Source: Octopus sinensis (Eukaryota). Taken from it: DNA of 64,000 nucleotides. Below are positions 12,500 to 23,982 of this stretch, in pieces. The notes under the pieces are model-generated. The model ran no database searches and was not told where the DNA came from. It saw only the letters and a program-made list of their open reading frames with translations. The stretch is from assembly GCF_006345805.1 (NCBI RefSeq), contig NC_043004.1, positions 102,176,001-102,240,000 on the forward strand, written 5' to 3'. How positions within the stretch are numbered: position 1 is the first letter of the stretch; each line of letters begins with the position of its first letter. Both the position numbers and the translations under genes were made by a program.

Positions 12500-13040
12500 T
12501 TAAGGATTACAACAGATATATTTGGAATAAGCTTGAGCTGAAAGGGCTTAGAGGACTTGTATTATTTTAGTTTGGAGATGATGCCCCATAGGGCTGCTTC
12601 AAAGGCCTCCATTTCTTTCGTCTTGGGTGGGAATCCTCTAGGTTTGATGTGAAAATTGAACTTTGAAGGTGGTGACGCTCAGTCATTGAAGTAGGCCTTC
12701 TATCTCTTGTAAGGTTGATAAAGTTTGCTAGGAGCATCCTCATGTAGAGTTTATTTGGTGGTTTGGGTGTATTTGTGTGTGTATGTATGGATATATATAA
12801 CGGGAAGCTTTACGAAAATAAACAAAAGACAAAGGCAGGTGGAGTACAAACAAACAAATGTATTAGTATGGCGCTCAGGAATAGAAATAGAACAAGTCTT
12901 TTACGTTTCGAGCCTACGCTCTTCGACAGAAAGATACACAGAAAAGAAACAAGGAGAGAAAAAAAATGCGTGTAGGAGCTAACGGTCTATCATGGCGTTC
13001 TGACTTCAGGCAGAGGTCAGACGTTAGACGCTAGAGGGAT
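12500..13040 (-). mobile_element. Penelope-like element fragment (ORF N-terminal part plus pseudo-LTR)
   Basis: Minus-strand GFPPKTKEMEAFEAALWGIISKLK*YKSSKPFQLKL resembles the Penelope P..EL.AFE.DL..I.NI.F...FQ.KL region; adjacent segment carries a hammerhead-like motif. Confidence 0.65.
12897..12934 (-). ncRNA. Minimal type I hammerhead-like motif with variant core (CUGUCGA)
   Basis: TCTTT-CTGTCGA-A-GAGC gtag GCTC-GAAA-CG-TA-AAAGA: 5-bp stem I, 4-bp stem II, palindromic AACGT(T/A) stem III; A6 replaced by U. Confidence 0.5.
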
Positions 13041-13069
13041 AGTAGGGGACCCCAATATATATATATATG

Positions 13070-13360
13070 AAGGCACATGGCTTAGTTGCACTCACATTTG
13101 CAAGATCGTGGGTTCAATTCCCAGACCGAATGTTGCATTGTGTTCTTAAGCAAAGCACTTCATTTCACGTTGCTCTGTGATCACTTCGTCATCTGACATG
13201 TGGCACATGGTGCACCTGTGCAGGTAAAGTCGATTTAATGGAGCAAGTGAGCTTATGTGAACACAAACATTTGATCACCATAAAAACAAATCATCTGAGT
13301 GGTTGTTCAGTGAGAAATTGCTTATCCCTCATACATCGTCTAACCATGGGAGAGTCTGTG
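13070..13360 (+). mobile_element. tRNA-headed SINE (family E, CORE-like central segment)
   Basis: GGCACATGGCTTAGTTG...GGGTTCAATTCCC then TGTGTTCTTAAGCAAAGCACTTCATTTCACGTTGCTC; related copies at 28770-29020 (-), 31720-32010 (-) and 62955-63240 (+). Confidence 0.6.
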
Positions 13361-13462
13361 ACATATACTCACGCACACAAAGATTTTGACCAAAACATAA
13401 AAGAAAGAAAACACAGATGTGTATCCCCCCACTCCAGCAAAGGTTATACATATAGTCCTATA

Positions 13463-13880
13463 GGCGTAGGAGTGGCTGTGTGGTAAGTAGCTTGCTTACG
13501 AACCACATGGTTCTGGGTTCAGTCCCACTGCGTGGCACCTTCGGTAAGTGTCTTCTTCTATAGCCTTGGGCTGACCAAAGCCTTGTGAGTGGATTTGGTA
13601 GACGAAAACTGAAAGAAGCCCGTCGTATATATGTATATGTATATATGTGTGTGTGTGTGTGTGTGTGCGTGTTTGTGTGTCTGTGTTTGTCCCCCCAACA
13701 TCGCTTGACAACCGATGCTGGTGTGTTTACGTCCCCGTAACTTAGCAGATCGGCAAAAAAAAAAGAGACCGATAAAATAAGTACTAGGCTTACAAAGAAT
13801 AAGTCCTGGGGTCGATTTGATCGACTAAAGGCGGTGCTCCAGCATGGCCGCAGTCACATGACTGAAACAAGTAAAAGAGT
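13463..13880 (+). mobile_element. tRNA-derived SINE (family A)
   Basis: Full-length copy, GGCGTAGGAGTGGCTG to GTAAAAGAG. Confidence 0.9.
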
Positions 13881-14789
13881 AGAGAGAGTCCTAATACACA
13901 CATTCCATTTCCACAGGAACACCAACCTTAAAGACACACACATTTCTCATAATCTTTTCTCCTATAAACTTTTGCTGACCTGCAACAAAACCACCCCCGA
14001 AATGATGTTTTTGATACCAAGGGACATAATTCTTAACTTAACCCCCTGCTCCTTTCATTTCATCCTCTTTTTCACAGCAACTACAAACCGGATGTATCTA
14101 TTCACTTCCAACAATAGAGAGCAGTCACCATATTTCATTCCATAATGGCTACCTCTGAGGAGCACAGGGTCACATAATCGGACTGTTACCTAACACTCCA
14201 TTGAACCCTTAGTGTGAAACCAATTGGTAAGACCAGTTGTAATGGATGTATAATACTGTACACTTTGATTAATCTATCTATCTATTTATCTATATATATG
14301 TATGTATAAATGTATATGTATGGATGTGTGTATATATCTACATATATACATACATGTATAGGTAAACAGGCAGAATGGTTAGCATTCTTAGCAATATATG
14401 TTCTGCATTCAAATTCTCCTGAGCTCAACTAGCTCCCTCCCCACAAAAATTTCAGGTCTTTTGCCTCTAATAGACAGGGCATACATACATATACATACAT
14501 ACATAATATAGGGTAGGAAAAATTATAGAAATTTTTTTCTACCTAGTATGTATACAAAGTTAATAGACATTATTTTTTCATATAAAAATTAGTGTACCTC
14601 TAAATACAAAGAGGAAAGCCCTTAAACAGGTTGCTTAGCATACTAGAAAGAATGGTCAAAAATTGTGGTTTGGACTTTCTGACTGCTCTTTCTAGTATGT
14701 TAGGCAATCTGTCTAAGGGTTTGCTTCTTTGTGTTTAAATGTACACTAATTTTTACATACACACATACAAACATACATACATAAATATA

Positions 14790-15190
14790 GTAACCAATGT
14801 GGATGCTATGGATAGATAAGAGGTTCGTGAAAGCTGTACAAGCCATGTACAGGGATGTTGCTTGTAAATTGAAGGTTGACAATGAATTCAGTGTACAGGT
14901 AGGAGTTCACCAGTATTCAGTTCTCAGCTCCTTCTTATTTATCATAGTTCTCCAGGCCTTAACAGAGGAATTCAAGACTGGCTTCCCCCGGTGACCTTGT
15001 TCTTATAGCTGAATCACTACCTGATCTAAAAAAAGATTTCAGTGTGGATGTAAGGCCTGGAATCTAAGGGCCTTAGAGTTAATTTAGTAAAAACCAAAGT
15101 CCTAGTAATTAGGAAAACTGGCAAATCACACATCCCTTTAAGGAGATGGCTCTGCTCAATATGTAAGAAGGGTGTTGGTAGAAACTCCAT
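14790..15190 (+). mobile_element. RTE LINE RT fragment
   Basis: FVKAVQAMYRDVACKLKVDNEFSVQVGVHQYSVLSSFLFIIVLQALTEEFKTG; same family as 52180-53430. Confidence 0.85.
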
Positions 15191-15192
15191 AT

Positions 15193-15593
15193 ACTCTTTT
15201 ACTTGTTTCAGTCATTTGACTACGGCCAAGCTGGAGCACCGCCTTTAATCGAGCAACTCGACCCCGGGACTTATTCTTTTGTAAGCCCAGTACTTATTCT
15301 ATCGGTCTCTTTTGCCGAACCGCTAAGTAACGGGGACATAAACACACCAGCATCGGTTGTCAAGCAATGCTAGGGGGACAAAGACAGACACACAAACACA
15401 CACATGCATATATATATATATATATATATACATGTATACGTCAGGCTTCATTCAGTTTCCGTCTACCAAATCCACTCACAAGGCTTTGGTCGGCCCGAGG
15501 CTATAGTAGAAGACACTTGCCCTAGGTGGCACGCAGTGGGACTGAACCTGGAACCATGTGGTTGGTAAACAAGCTACTTACCACACAGCCACT
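15193..15593 (-). mobile_element. tRNA-derived SINE (family A)
   Basis: Full-length reverse-complement copy. Confidence 0.9.
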
Positions 15594-15699
15594 GCAAGTT
15601 TTGGACACATAGGAGGTGGAAGACATGAATTGAAGTAGTGAGAAAGAATCTTCAGACGCTGAGCCTTGCTGAGAAAATGACAAGGGACTGGGATTTGTG

Positions 15700-16012
15700 A
15701 CGATTTGCTGTACTTGAGAAGACATGCCAAGCTAAGTAAAATCTCTGTCATACAGGCTTGTCCTTTACAGGTGCCAGTGCCGCATAAAATGCACCCGTGC
15801 TGGTGCTGCATAAAAGCGCTCATACCAGTGACACAAAAGATACCCAGCTCCCTCTGTAAACTGATTGGCGTTAGGAAGGACATCCAGCCATAGAAACTGT
15901 GCCACAACAAACAATTGGTGTCTGGCCAGCTCCCGGGCTGGGCCAGTCGCTGTCACACCATCCAACCCAAGCCAGCATGGAGAACAGGCATTGAACGATG
16001 ATAATGATGATA
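15700..16012 (+). mobile_element. RTE LINE 3' end / 3' UTR
   Basis: GCTGTACTTGAGAAGAC (ORF2 end region) continuing into the family-B tail TTGGCGTTAGGAAGGACATCCAGC...GAACGATGATAATGATGAT. Confidence 0.7.
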
Positions 16013-16039
16013 TACACATTTTGGGGATGACCATTTTGC

Positions 16040-16040
16040 C

Positions 16041-16074
<34 letters not shown>

Positions 16075-16142
16075 TATACCGATGTATGTTTATGTATGTG
16101 TTTGTGTATATGTATGTATATTTATCTATATAAATGTAAATA

Positions 16143-16190
<48 letters not shown>

Positions 16191-16344
16191 CACATACATA
16201 CACACATATGTTCATATATATGCAGATATGTGTGTGCATATGTATGTATGTTTGTTTATATTTATGTATATACATATATTTATTTATTTTTAAAAATGTT
16301 TATCTAGTTTCAGCTCACAAGCTGTGGCCATGCTGGGGCACTGC

Positions 16345-16387
<43 letters not shown>

Positions 16388-16690
16388 AGTTCATATATAA
16401 ATATATATGCGTATATATATATATGTGTGTGTGTGTGCAGATACATATATGTTCATATATATATTTACACATACATACACAGATATATATTTGTGCATAT
16501 GTATACATTTATATATATGTCTGTGTGTTTGTATATAGATGTATACACGTATATATATGTGTGTGTATGTGTTTGTACATACGCATACATATGTGTGTAC
16601 ACATGCACACACAATGCTTGCATACAACGTACATACATACAAACATGTTCATATACTTTTGTAAGTGTGTGATTGTGTGTCTGTGTGTGT
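16040..16690. repeat. Compound (TG)n/(TA)n/(CA)n microsatellite
   Basis: Directly visible dinucleotide runs. Confidence 0.95.
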
Positions 16691-16739
16691 GCTTACAACG
16701 GTATAGAAGCATATTTATCGTCCAATGAAATGTCAGGAT

Positions 16740-17650
16740 TTGCTTCAGTCCGTTAATTCAGCGGAAGTTCCCTCCCACACGCCAATCTCGTCAGCAGAAC
16801 TCCGTGGGTTACTTTGCTATCGAAGATGTTGTGATTTTTCCTCTCCTTCGTTCACCAACCAATATTAAAGCTGGCGGCGATGAACGGTTGAGAGAGAGGT
16901 GGGCGACGGTTGCGGCTAGAAACCTACCTGTCTGGCCATAAAAAAAACGCAACATTGGTTCTACCCGATGATTACTCTATGTTCTTGTCTGGTTGTTTCT
17001 GCTGCTGCTACGTTTGTCGCAATTGTCGTCCCTGTCGTCTCTCCGTCACCACGACCGTCGTCGTCTCCAACAGCATCATTATTAACAACAACAACGAGCG
17101 AAACTGGATTCTCAGACTAGGGCCAATGTTGATTTCAAGCCGATCAAAAGGATGAAGAAGCGCCGCGAACTGGACGCCTTGGTCGGCAACGGGAAACTTC
17201 GTCGAAAATGTCGAGGTAGTGGCCAAGAACTACTACGGCCAAACTCTGGTGGAGATGATGACACCGACTCCTCTGAAACCGAATTTACTGTTCCCACGCA
17301 AAAGGCTATCATTAGAAAGTAAGTTCTTCACATACAGTATACCCGTGTTTGTTCTCCCTAGGCACAGAAGGGGGGTGTCAGTTGATTTAAGTCAAGATAT
17401 ACACTTACATAATGCATACTTTTCCCCCCTCTTGTTACCATATATGTTTTGGAGCCTGCCGAGATAACATACACACGAACACACATCTGTGTGTATATAT
17501 ATACATCGAGGAGGACATAGGTAAACGACCGAGCGGAAGTGCATCTTTCTTTATACACTGTTTAAGTAACATTCGAATAACTTATATACGACTATATTCA
17601 CGTATATACAAGTCTTGTCGTCTACCGAATCGATGTCCTCTCTCTCTCTC
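16740..17650. promoter_or_regulatory. CpG-rich promoter region of the EFCAB14-like gene
   Basis: CpG is dense here and scarce in most non-repeat flanks; ETS-like GCGGAAGT at 16761-16768 and near 17532; CCAAT at 16782 and 16859; contains the first coding exon. Confidence 0.7.
17152..17318 (+). CDS. EFCAB14: EF-hand calcium-binding domain protein 14-like, coding exon 1
   Basis: MKKRRELDALVGNGKLRRKCRGSGQELLRPNSGGDDDTDSSETEFTVPTQKAIIR matches my recollection of vertebrate EFCAB14 MKKRKELNALIG...RRKK...HRLLR....DSDSESSSEEEEEF; in-frame TAA upstream at 17083; donor AA|GTAAGT at 17319 (phase 2). Confidence 0.88.
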
Positions 17651-17853
17651 TCTCCATATATATATATAATATATATACATATATACAACATATATATATA
17701 TATCATATAGACATAGATATATATAATATATAATATATAGTACATACATATATACATACATACATAATATATATATATACATAATATATCATACATACAT
17801 ATATATATATAACATACATATATACATACATATATATATATATACATACATAT

Positions 17854-17892
<39 letters not shown>

Positions 17893-17920
17893 CTATATAC
17901 ATACATACATATATATATAT

Positions 17921-17955
<35 letters not shown>

Positions 17956-18957
17956 CATACATATATATATATTATATATATATATATATATACATATATA
18001 TATAATAATATATATATCTATATACAACTATATATATATATATATAATAATAATATATATATCAACATATATATATATATATATATATACATATATATAT
18101 TATATATATACATACATATATATATCTCTATATACCTACATATATATATATATATATACATACATACTATATATAATATATATATATATATAGATAATAT
18201 ATATACATACCAGCCAGGATCCCTGGTCTGGTGGTACGTAAAAAGCACTATCCGACTCGTGGCCGATGCCAGCACCGCCTCGACTGGCTTCCGTGCCGGT
18301 GGCACATAAAATACACCAACCTGACCGTGGCCGTTGCCAGCCCCGCCTGGCACCTGTGCAGGTGGCACGTAAAAAGCACCCACTACACTCACGGAGTGGT
18401 TGGCGTTAGGAAGGGCATCCAGCTGTAGAAACATTGCCAAATTAGACTGGAGCCTGGTGCAGCCTTCTGGCTTCCCAGAACCCCGGTCGAACCGTCCAAC
18501 CCATGCTAGCATGGAGAACGGACGTTAAACGACGATGATGATACATATATATATATATACATACATATATATATATATACATATACTACATATATACATA
18601 CATATATATATATATATAACTACATACATATATACATACATATATACATACATATATATATATATATACATACAGTATATACATACATATATATATATAT
18701 ATATACATAACTATATACATACATATATATATATATATATACAACATATATATTATATATCTATACATATATATATATACATATATACAACAACATACTA
18801 TATATTATATACATCATATATATTATATATATCATATATAATATATATATATACATACATATATATAGATATATACATACATATATATATATATATATAT
18901 ATTACATACTATATATATATATATATATATATATTATACATACATATATATATTATC

Positions 18958-18993
<36 letters not shown>

Positions 18994-19133
18994 ATATACA
19001 TACATATATATATATATATTATATATAATATATATATATTATTATAATATACTACATATTATATATATATATATTATATACATACTATATATATATATAT
19101 ATATAATATTATATACATACATATATATATACA

Positions 19134-19206
<73 letters not shown>

Positions 19207-19286
19207 ATATATATATACATACCTATATATAATATTATATATATATATATATATTACATATATATATATAATATATATATACATAC

Positions 19287-19324
<38 letters not shown>

Positions 19325-19385
19325 TTATATATATATATATATATACATATCATATATAATATCTATATATATATATATATATATA

Positions 19386-19416
<31 letters not shown>

Positions 19417-19422
19417 CTATAC

Positions 19423-19470
<48 letters not shown>

Positions 19471-19535
19471 TATAATATTATATTATATTACTATATATAT
19501 ATATTATATATTATATATATATACATATATATTAA

Positions 19536-19577
<42 letters not shown>

Positions 19578-19617
19578 ATATATATACATAATATATATAT
19601 ATATACTACATATATAC

Positions 19618-19648
<31 letters not shown>

Positions 19649-19666
19649 CATATATATATATATAAT

Positions 19667-19712
<46 letters not shown>

Positions 19713-19896
19713 CATTATATATATCTATATATATATATATATATACCTATATATATATATATATTATATATATATAACATATATATATATATATTATATA
19801 TATAAAATTATAATACATATATATCTATATATATTATATATATATACTATATTATATATATATATTATATAAATATATATATATACATATATATAT

Positions 19897-19937
<41 letters not shown>

Positions 19938-20100
19938 CATATATAGATAGATATTATATATATATAATTATATATATATATACTATATTATATATACATA
20001 CATATATATATTATATATATATACATACATATATATACATATATACATATATATATATAACATACATACATACATACATATAGAAACATATATGTATGTA
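17640..20100. repeat. About 2.4-kb degenerate (TA)n/(TACA)n array interrupted by one family-B insertion
   Basis: Directly visible; the irregular units may partly reflect sequencing error. Confidence 0.95.
18208..18543 (+). mobile_element. RTE-tailed repeat (family B) inserted in the TA array
   Basis: Family-B units and GACGTTAAACGACGATGATGAT tail; shares diagnostic GCACTATCCG with the 26612-27000 and 51363-51680 copies. Confidence 0.8.
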
Positions 20101-20562
20101 CTTGTAACATACTGGGCAACCCTATACCTATAATATAAGCCTGGACTCCTTGATGTGTCGTTCAATATATATGTTTGTATGTATTTATATCGTTGCAGAT
20201 TTTACTATCGAGCCAATTTGTTTCCGTTGTCTTTTTTTTGGGGGTTTTTTTTCAGCTGCTGATCCCTCTCTGTCGGTCCCCATCCCTGACAATTGTCATT
20301 GTTTATCCCCTCCCCCCCACAGTGATTAGGAGGTGGTATTTGAGCTTAGAACGCGTAGAGAATCGTCAGAATAAAAATACTGCCGCGACCATCCCATCCC
20401 ATCCGAAGGCCTAACAAATACTTTATTCATTCACACACAATGTGTTCCTGCGTGTGTTTTTATGTTGAGCTACTCACCATATAACAATTCTTACATTAAA
20501 GCTGAAAAAAATCACTCGACACTTTTAGTAGAGTACATATATTTTTTTACAAGAAGTCGTGA

Positions 20563-20634
20563 CAGTGACTTCGAAGTTCTGGTCTGCTAACCGGACTGAT
20601 GAAGAGCTGGGAGGCCGAAACTTAGAAGTCACTG
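20563..20634 (+). ncRNA. Degenerate type III-like hammerhead motif
   Basis: 14 of 15 bp outer stem (20563-20577 with 20620-20634) enclosing stem I (T)CTGGT/ACCGG(A), CTGATGA (20596-20602), an irregular stem II with GGGA loop, and GAAA (20617-20620). Confidence 0.45.
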
Positions 20635-20657
20635 AAACCACTGTTCTTATTTATGGA

Positions 20658-20783
20658 TATATTTCTTCACTACCCACAAGGGGCTAAACATAGAGGGGAC
20701 AAACAAGGACAGACAAAGGGATTAAGTCGATTACATCGACCCCAGTGCGTAACTGGTACTTAATTCATCGACCCCGAAAGGAT
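20658..20783 (-). mobile_element. 3' part of tRNA-headed SINE (family D)
   Basis: Reverse complement of CATCCTTTCGGGGTCGATGAATTAAGTACCAGTTACGCACTGGGGTCGATGTAATCGACTTAATCC...; compare 60204-60436. Confidence 0.8.
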
Positions 20784-21983
20784 GGTCAAATCAAATATGT
20801 TACATGTATAAATTGGGGGTCACTCTTATTTCGACTCTTGCCAGTCCGACGGATGCCTTCTTAATAAAGGCTCCAGCGTCGGAGTACCTTTTCAGGTATT
20901 AATAATTCGACTATCGCCACTATACCTTGAAATATTTTTGTCAGAAATAATAGCTGACAGTTAGTGTGGATGGTGTCTGTCTGTACGTGATGTAAGGACG
21001 ATATTAAAAATTCACATCTTGTATTGACAAACACCCTGTATAATGGCTATTCTAATGAATAATATACTTTCCCATTATATATCATCCTCATCGACTGAAT
21101 TGATGTCCTGAAAATTCCCCCATCACACACACATGTATATATGTAATGTATGTGATGTATGTATGTATGTAGTGTATGTATGTATGTAGTGTATGTGTAT
21201 GTATGTTGTGTATGTATGTGATATATGTATGTATGTATGTATACATACTCGTTTCTAAGACCATGTTAGCTGTTGGTCTTCACAATCACCTTTATTTACG
21301 ACATTTATTTTGATATGCGTCGACTCAAGCGTCCGAGGAAAAGGCATAAACGCCAGTTTTCTATTTCTTTTCCTTTCGTTCTGAGACAAATCTTAGACAT
21401 CTTTTCTCCTTAAGACACTCGCGCGCATTTCATACATACACACACACACATACATACACACACATATGTTTATGTTTGTGTGTGTGTGTGTGTGACATTC
21501 CTCAGTTTCTGATGACAAAATATTAAGACAACCCGCATTAAAAATTGAAATATGACATGATTTTAAAAAGTAGAACCTTTCCTATAATTTAATAATTTTT
21601 TGGAATAACAAAAAAAAAAAAGAATATAAAACGTGAGGGAGGTTGGAAAATTAAAAACTTGATTTTTTTAATAATTTCCCCTTTAGTAAAATCATAATTT
21701 CTGTTATTGAAAAACTGAATCGAAAGTAATTTATTTTTTTTTTTTTTGGACACGTCCTTCTGGACTTTACCGAGAAGTCAATATTTCCCCTGCTGTTTCG
21801 TAATAAACCGAAAAGAGTGTCCTCCAATTTCCCTGTTTTAGGCTCCAAGTCAACCTTGAGTGTTTTCACCTCTAATCAAAACATCTTATTTTTCGGACAA
21901 CGTATCCATTACTGTTTATTCAATAATAAGTTCCTCCAACCCTTTTTTTTTTCGTTTTGAAGTTATGGGTTGAAGAAATTTGA

Positions 21984-22404
21984 GGCGATCTTTCGTCTCT
22001 AGTAGACTTTTCCGTCGATTTCCTTAAAAAACTTTTTTTTTTAAATATGGGCTTGCGGGAACTTTTGAAGTAATATACATACATATACACATACACCGAG
22101 TAAAAAATTTCAGTTATCTCTTTCTTTCACACATTACTCTGTCTCTTCACACACACTAACAGAAGCACTTCACTTATACAACATACTGTCTGTCTCCCAC
22201 ACCCCATCAAACACACGCATACACACATGTACATCAATGCTTCCCATGCACGGTAATTTCAAAAGAATTTCCCTCGTCATACAATCGCTTTCTCTTAGTC
22301 TCTTTCGCTCTCATTACTTCAAAAGTTCCCGCAAGCCCATATGTAAACAAAAAAATTTTTTTACGGAAATCGACGGAAAGGTCTACTAGAGACGAAAGAT
22401 TGCC
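21984..22404. repeat. Long inverted repeat (about 91-bp arms, 238-bp spacer)
   Basis: 21984-22074 is the reverse complement of 22313-22404, with four substitutions outside the central A/T run. Confidence 0.9.
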
Positions 22405-22509
22405 AAATTTGATTGCGTTTTCTAACAGGGGAAAGCCATGTGGAATCTCGTCCATTTGACAGTGTCATTCGTGTATGAGTGTATATAATATTATTGTTTT
22501 CTGTCACAT

Positions 22510-22552
<43 letters not shown>

Positions 22553-22839
22553 TCTTTTTTTTTATCCTTTTACTAGTTTTTTATCAATGAACTGCAGCCA
22601 TTCTAGGACACCTTGTATGGTTTAGTCGATCAAATCAATACCAGTATTTATTTTCTTAAGCCTGGTATTTATCAGTCATTTTGACAAACTGCTGTTATGG
22701 GATATAAACAACTTAACACCAGTTGTGAAGAGCGCGCACGCACGCACACACTACAGGCTACTGCACAGTTTTCGTTCTCAAGATTCACTCACAAGGTAAT
22801 CTGTCAGTCTGGAGCCATTGCCGAAGATACCAAATAGAT

Positions 22840-23220
22840 CAGGAGTGGCTGTGTGGTAAGTACCTTGCTAACCAACCACATGGTTCTGGGTTCAGTCCCA
22901 CTGCGTGGCATCTTGGGCAAGTGTCTTCTGCTATAGCCCCGGGCCGACCAATGCCTTGTGAGTGGATTTGGTAGACGGAAACTGAAAGAGTCCTGTCGTA
23001 TATATGTATATATATGTGTGTTTGTGTGTTTTGTCCCCCTAGCATTGCTTGACAACCAATGCTGGTGTGTTTACGTCCCCGTCACTTAGCGGTTCGGCAA
23101 AAAAGGGCCCGATAAAATAAGTACTGGACTTACAAAGAATAAGTACCGGGGTCGATTTGCACGACTAAAGGCGGTGCTCCAGCATGGCCGCAGTCAAATG
23201 ACTGAAACAAGTAAAAGAGT
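22840..23220 (+). mobile_element. tRNA-derived SINE (family A)
   Basis: Full-length copy. Confidence 0.9.
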
Positions 23221-23223
23221 ATA

Positions 23224-23713
23224 TAGGGTGTCCCAGAATTAACTATTTCAATGAAATCAAACAATTTTTTTTAAAAAGCTCACTTTAACTTATGTTTATC
23301 AAGTTAAAAAGTGTATAATTTTTAAAATTTTGTTTATGATTTTATTTCTACTTCTTTTGGATCCCGCTCATCTGTCCCAGACAATTTTTTTACAATTTAG
23401 CTGCAATCATTTTTTTTCTACCTCCACCCCCCAGAATGGAGCTATAGTTTAGCTGAATTTACAGAGTGCATTCAGTTAGCAGTGCAGAAGAGATAACTTC
23501 TGAACTACTTCAAAATCTGCTTGGCAATGCTAAGGACAGATTTAAAAGTTGGGGGGTGCAAATGTTGAAAATTTTCCATAGTTTTGATGTAAGATTTATA
23601 AATCTGTTTGGTTTTGGTATCATAATTAAATTATAAACTTAAAAAAACTGCCAGTTTTTTTTTTAAATTTGCCCGATTTCATTGTAAAAGATAGTTGATT
23701 CTGGGACACCCTG
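23224..23713. mobile_element. Tc1/mariner-type MITE
   Basis: TIRs AGGGTGTCCCAGAATTAACTAT and ATAGTTGATTCTGGGACACCCTG, with TA on both sides. Confidence 0.85.
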
Positions 23714-23748
23714 TATATCTTCCGTTTATGTATCTATCAATCTGTATA

Positions 23749-23951
23749 ACTCTTTTACTTGTTTCAGTCATTTGACTGCGGCCATGCTGGAGCACCACCT
23801 TTAGCCGAGCAAATCGACCCCAGGACTTATTCCTTTGTAAGCCTAGTACTTATTCTATCGGTCTCTTTTGCCGAACCGCTAAGTGACGGGGACGTAAACA
23901 CACCAGCATCGGTTGTCAAGCAATGCTAGGGGGACAAACACAGACACACAA

Positions 23952-23982
<31 letters not shown>

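Noticed and set aside
14078-14226. 149-nt segment with a strong acceptor and a GTAAGA donor, a candidate exon after 7438
   Set aside because: Stops in all three frames, and the upstream HRNTNLKD stretch suggests Penelope debris. Only junction reads could rescue it as a terminal or non-coding exon.
20470-20504. Minus-strand ATG|GTGAGTAG with TTTTTTCAG 24 nt upstream
   Set aside because: No partner exon was found; insufficient on its own.
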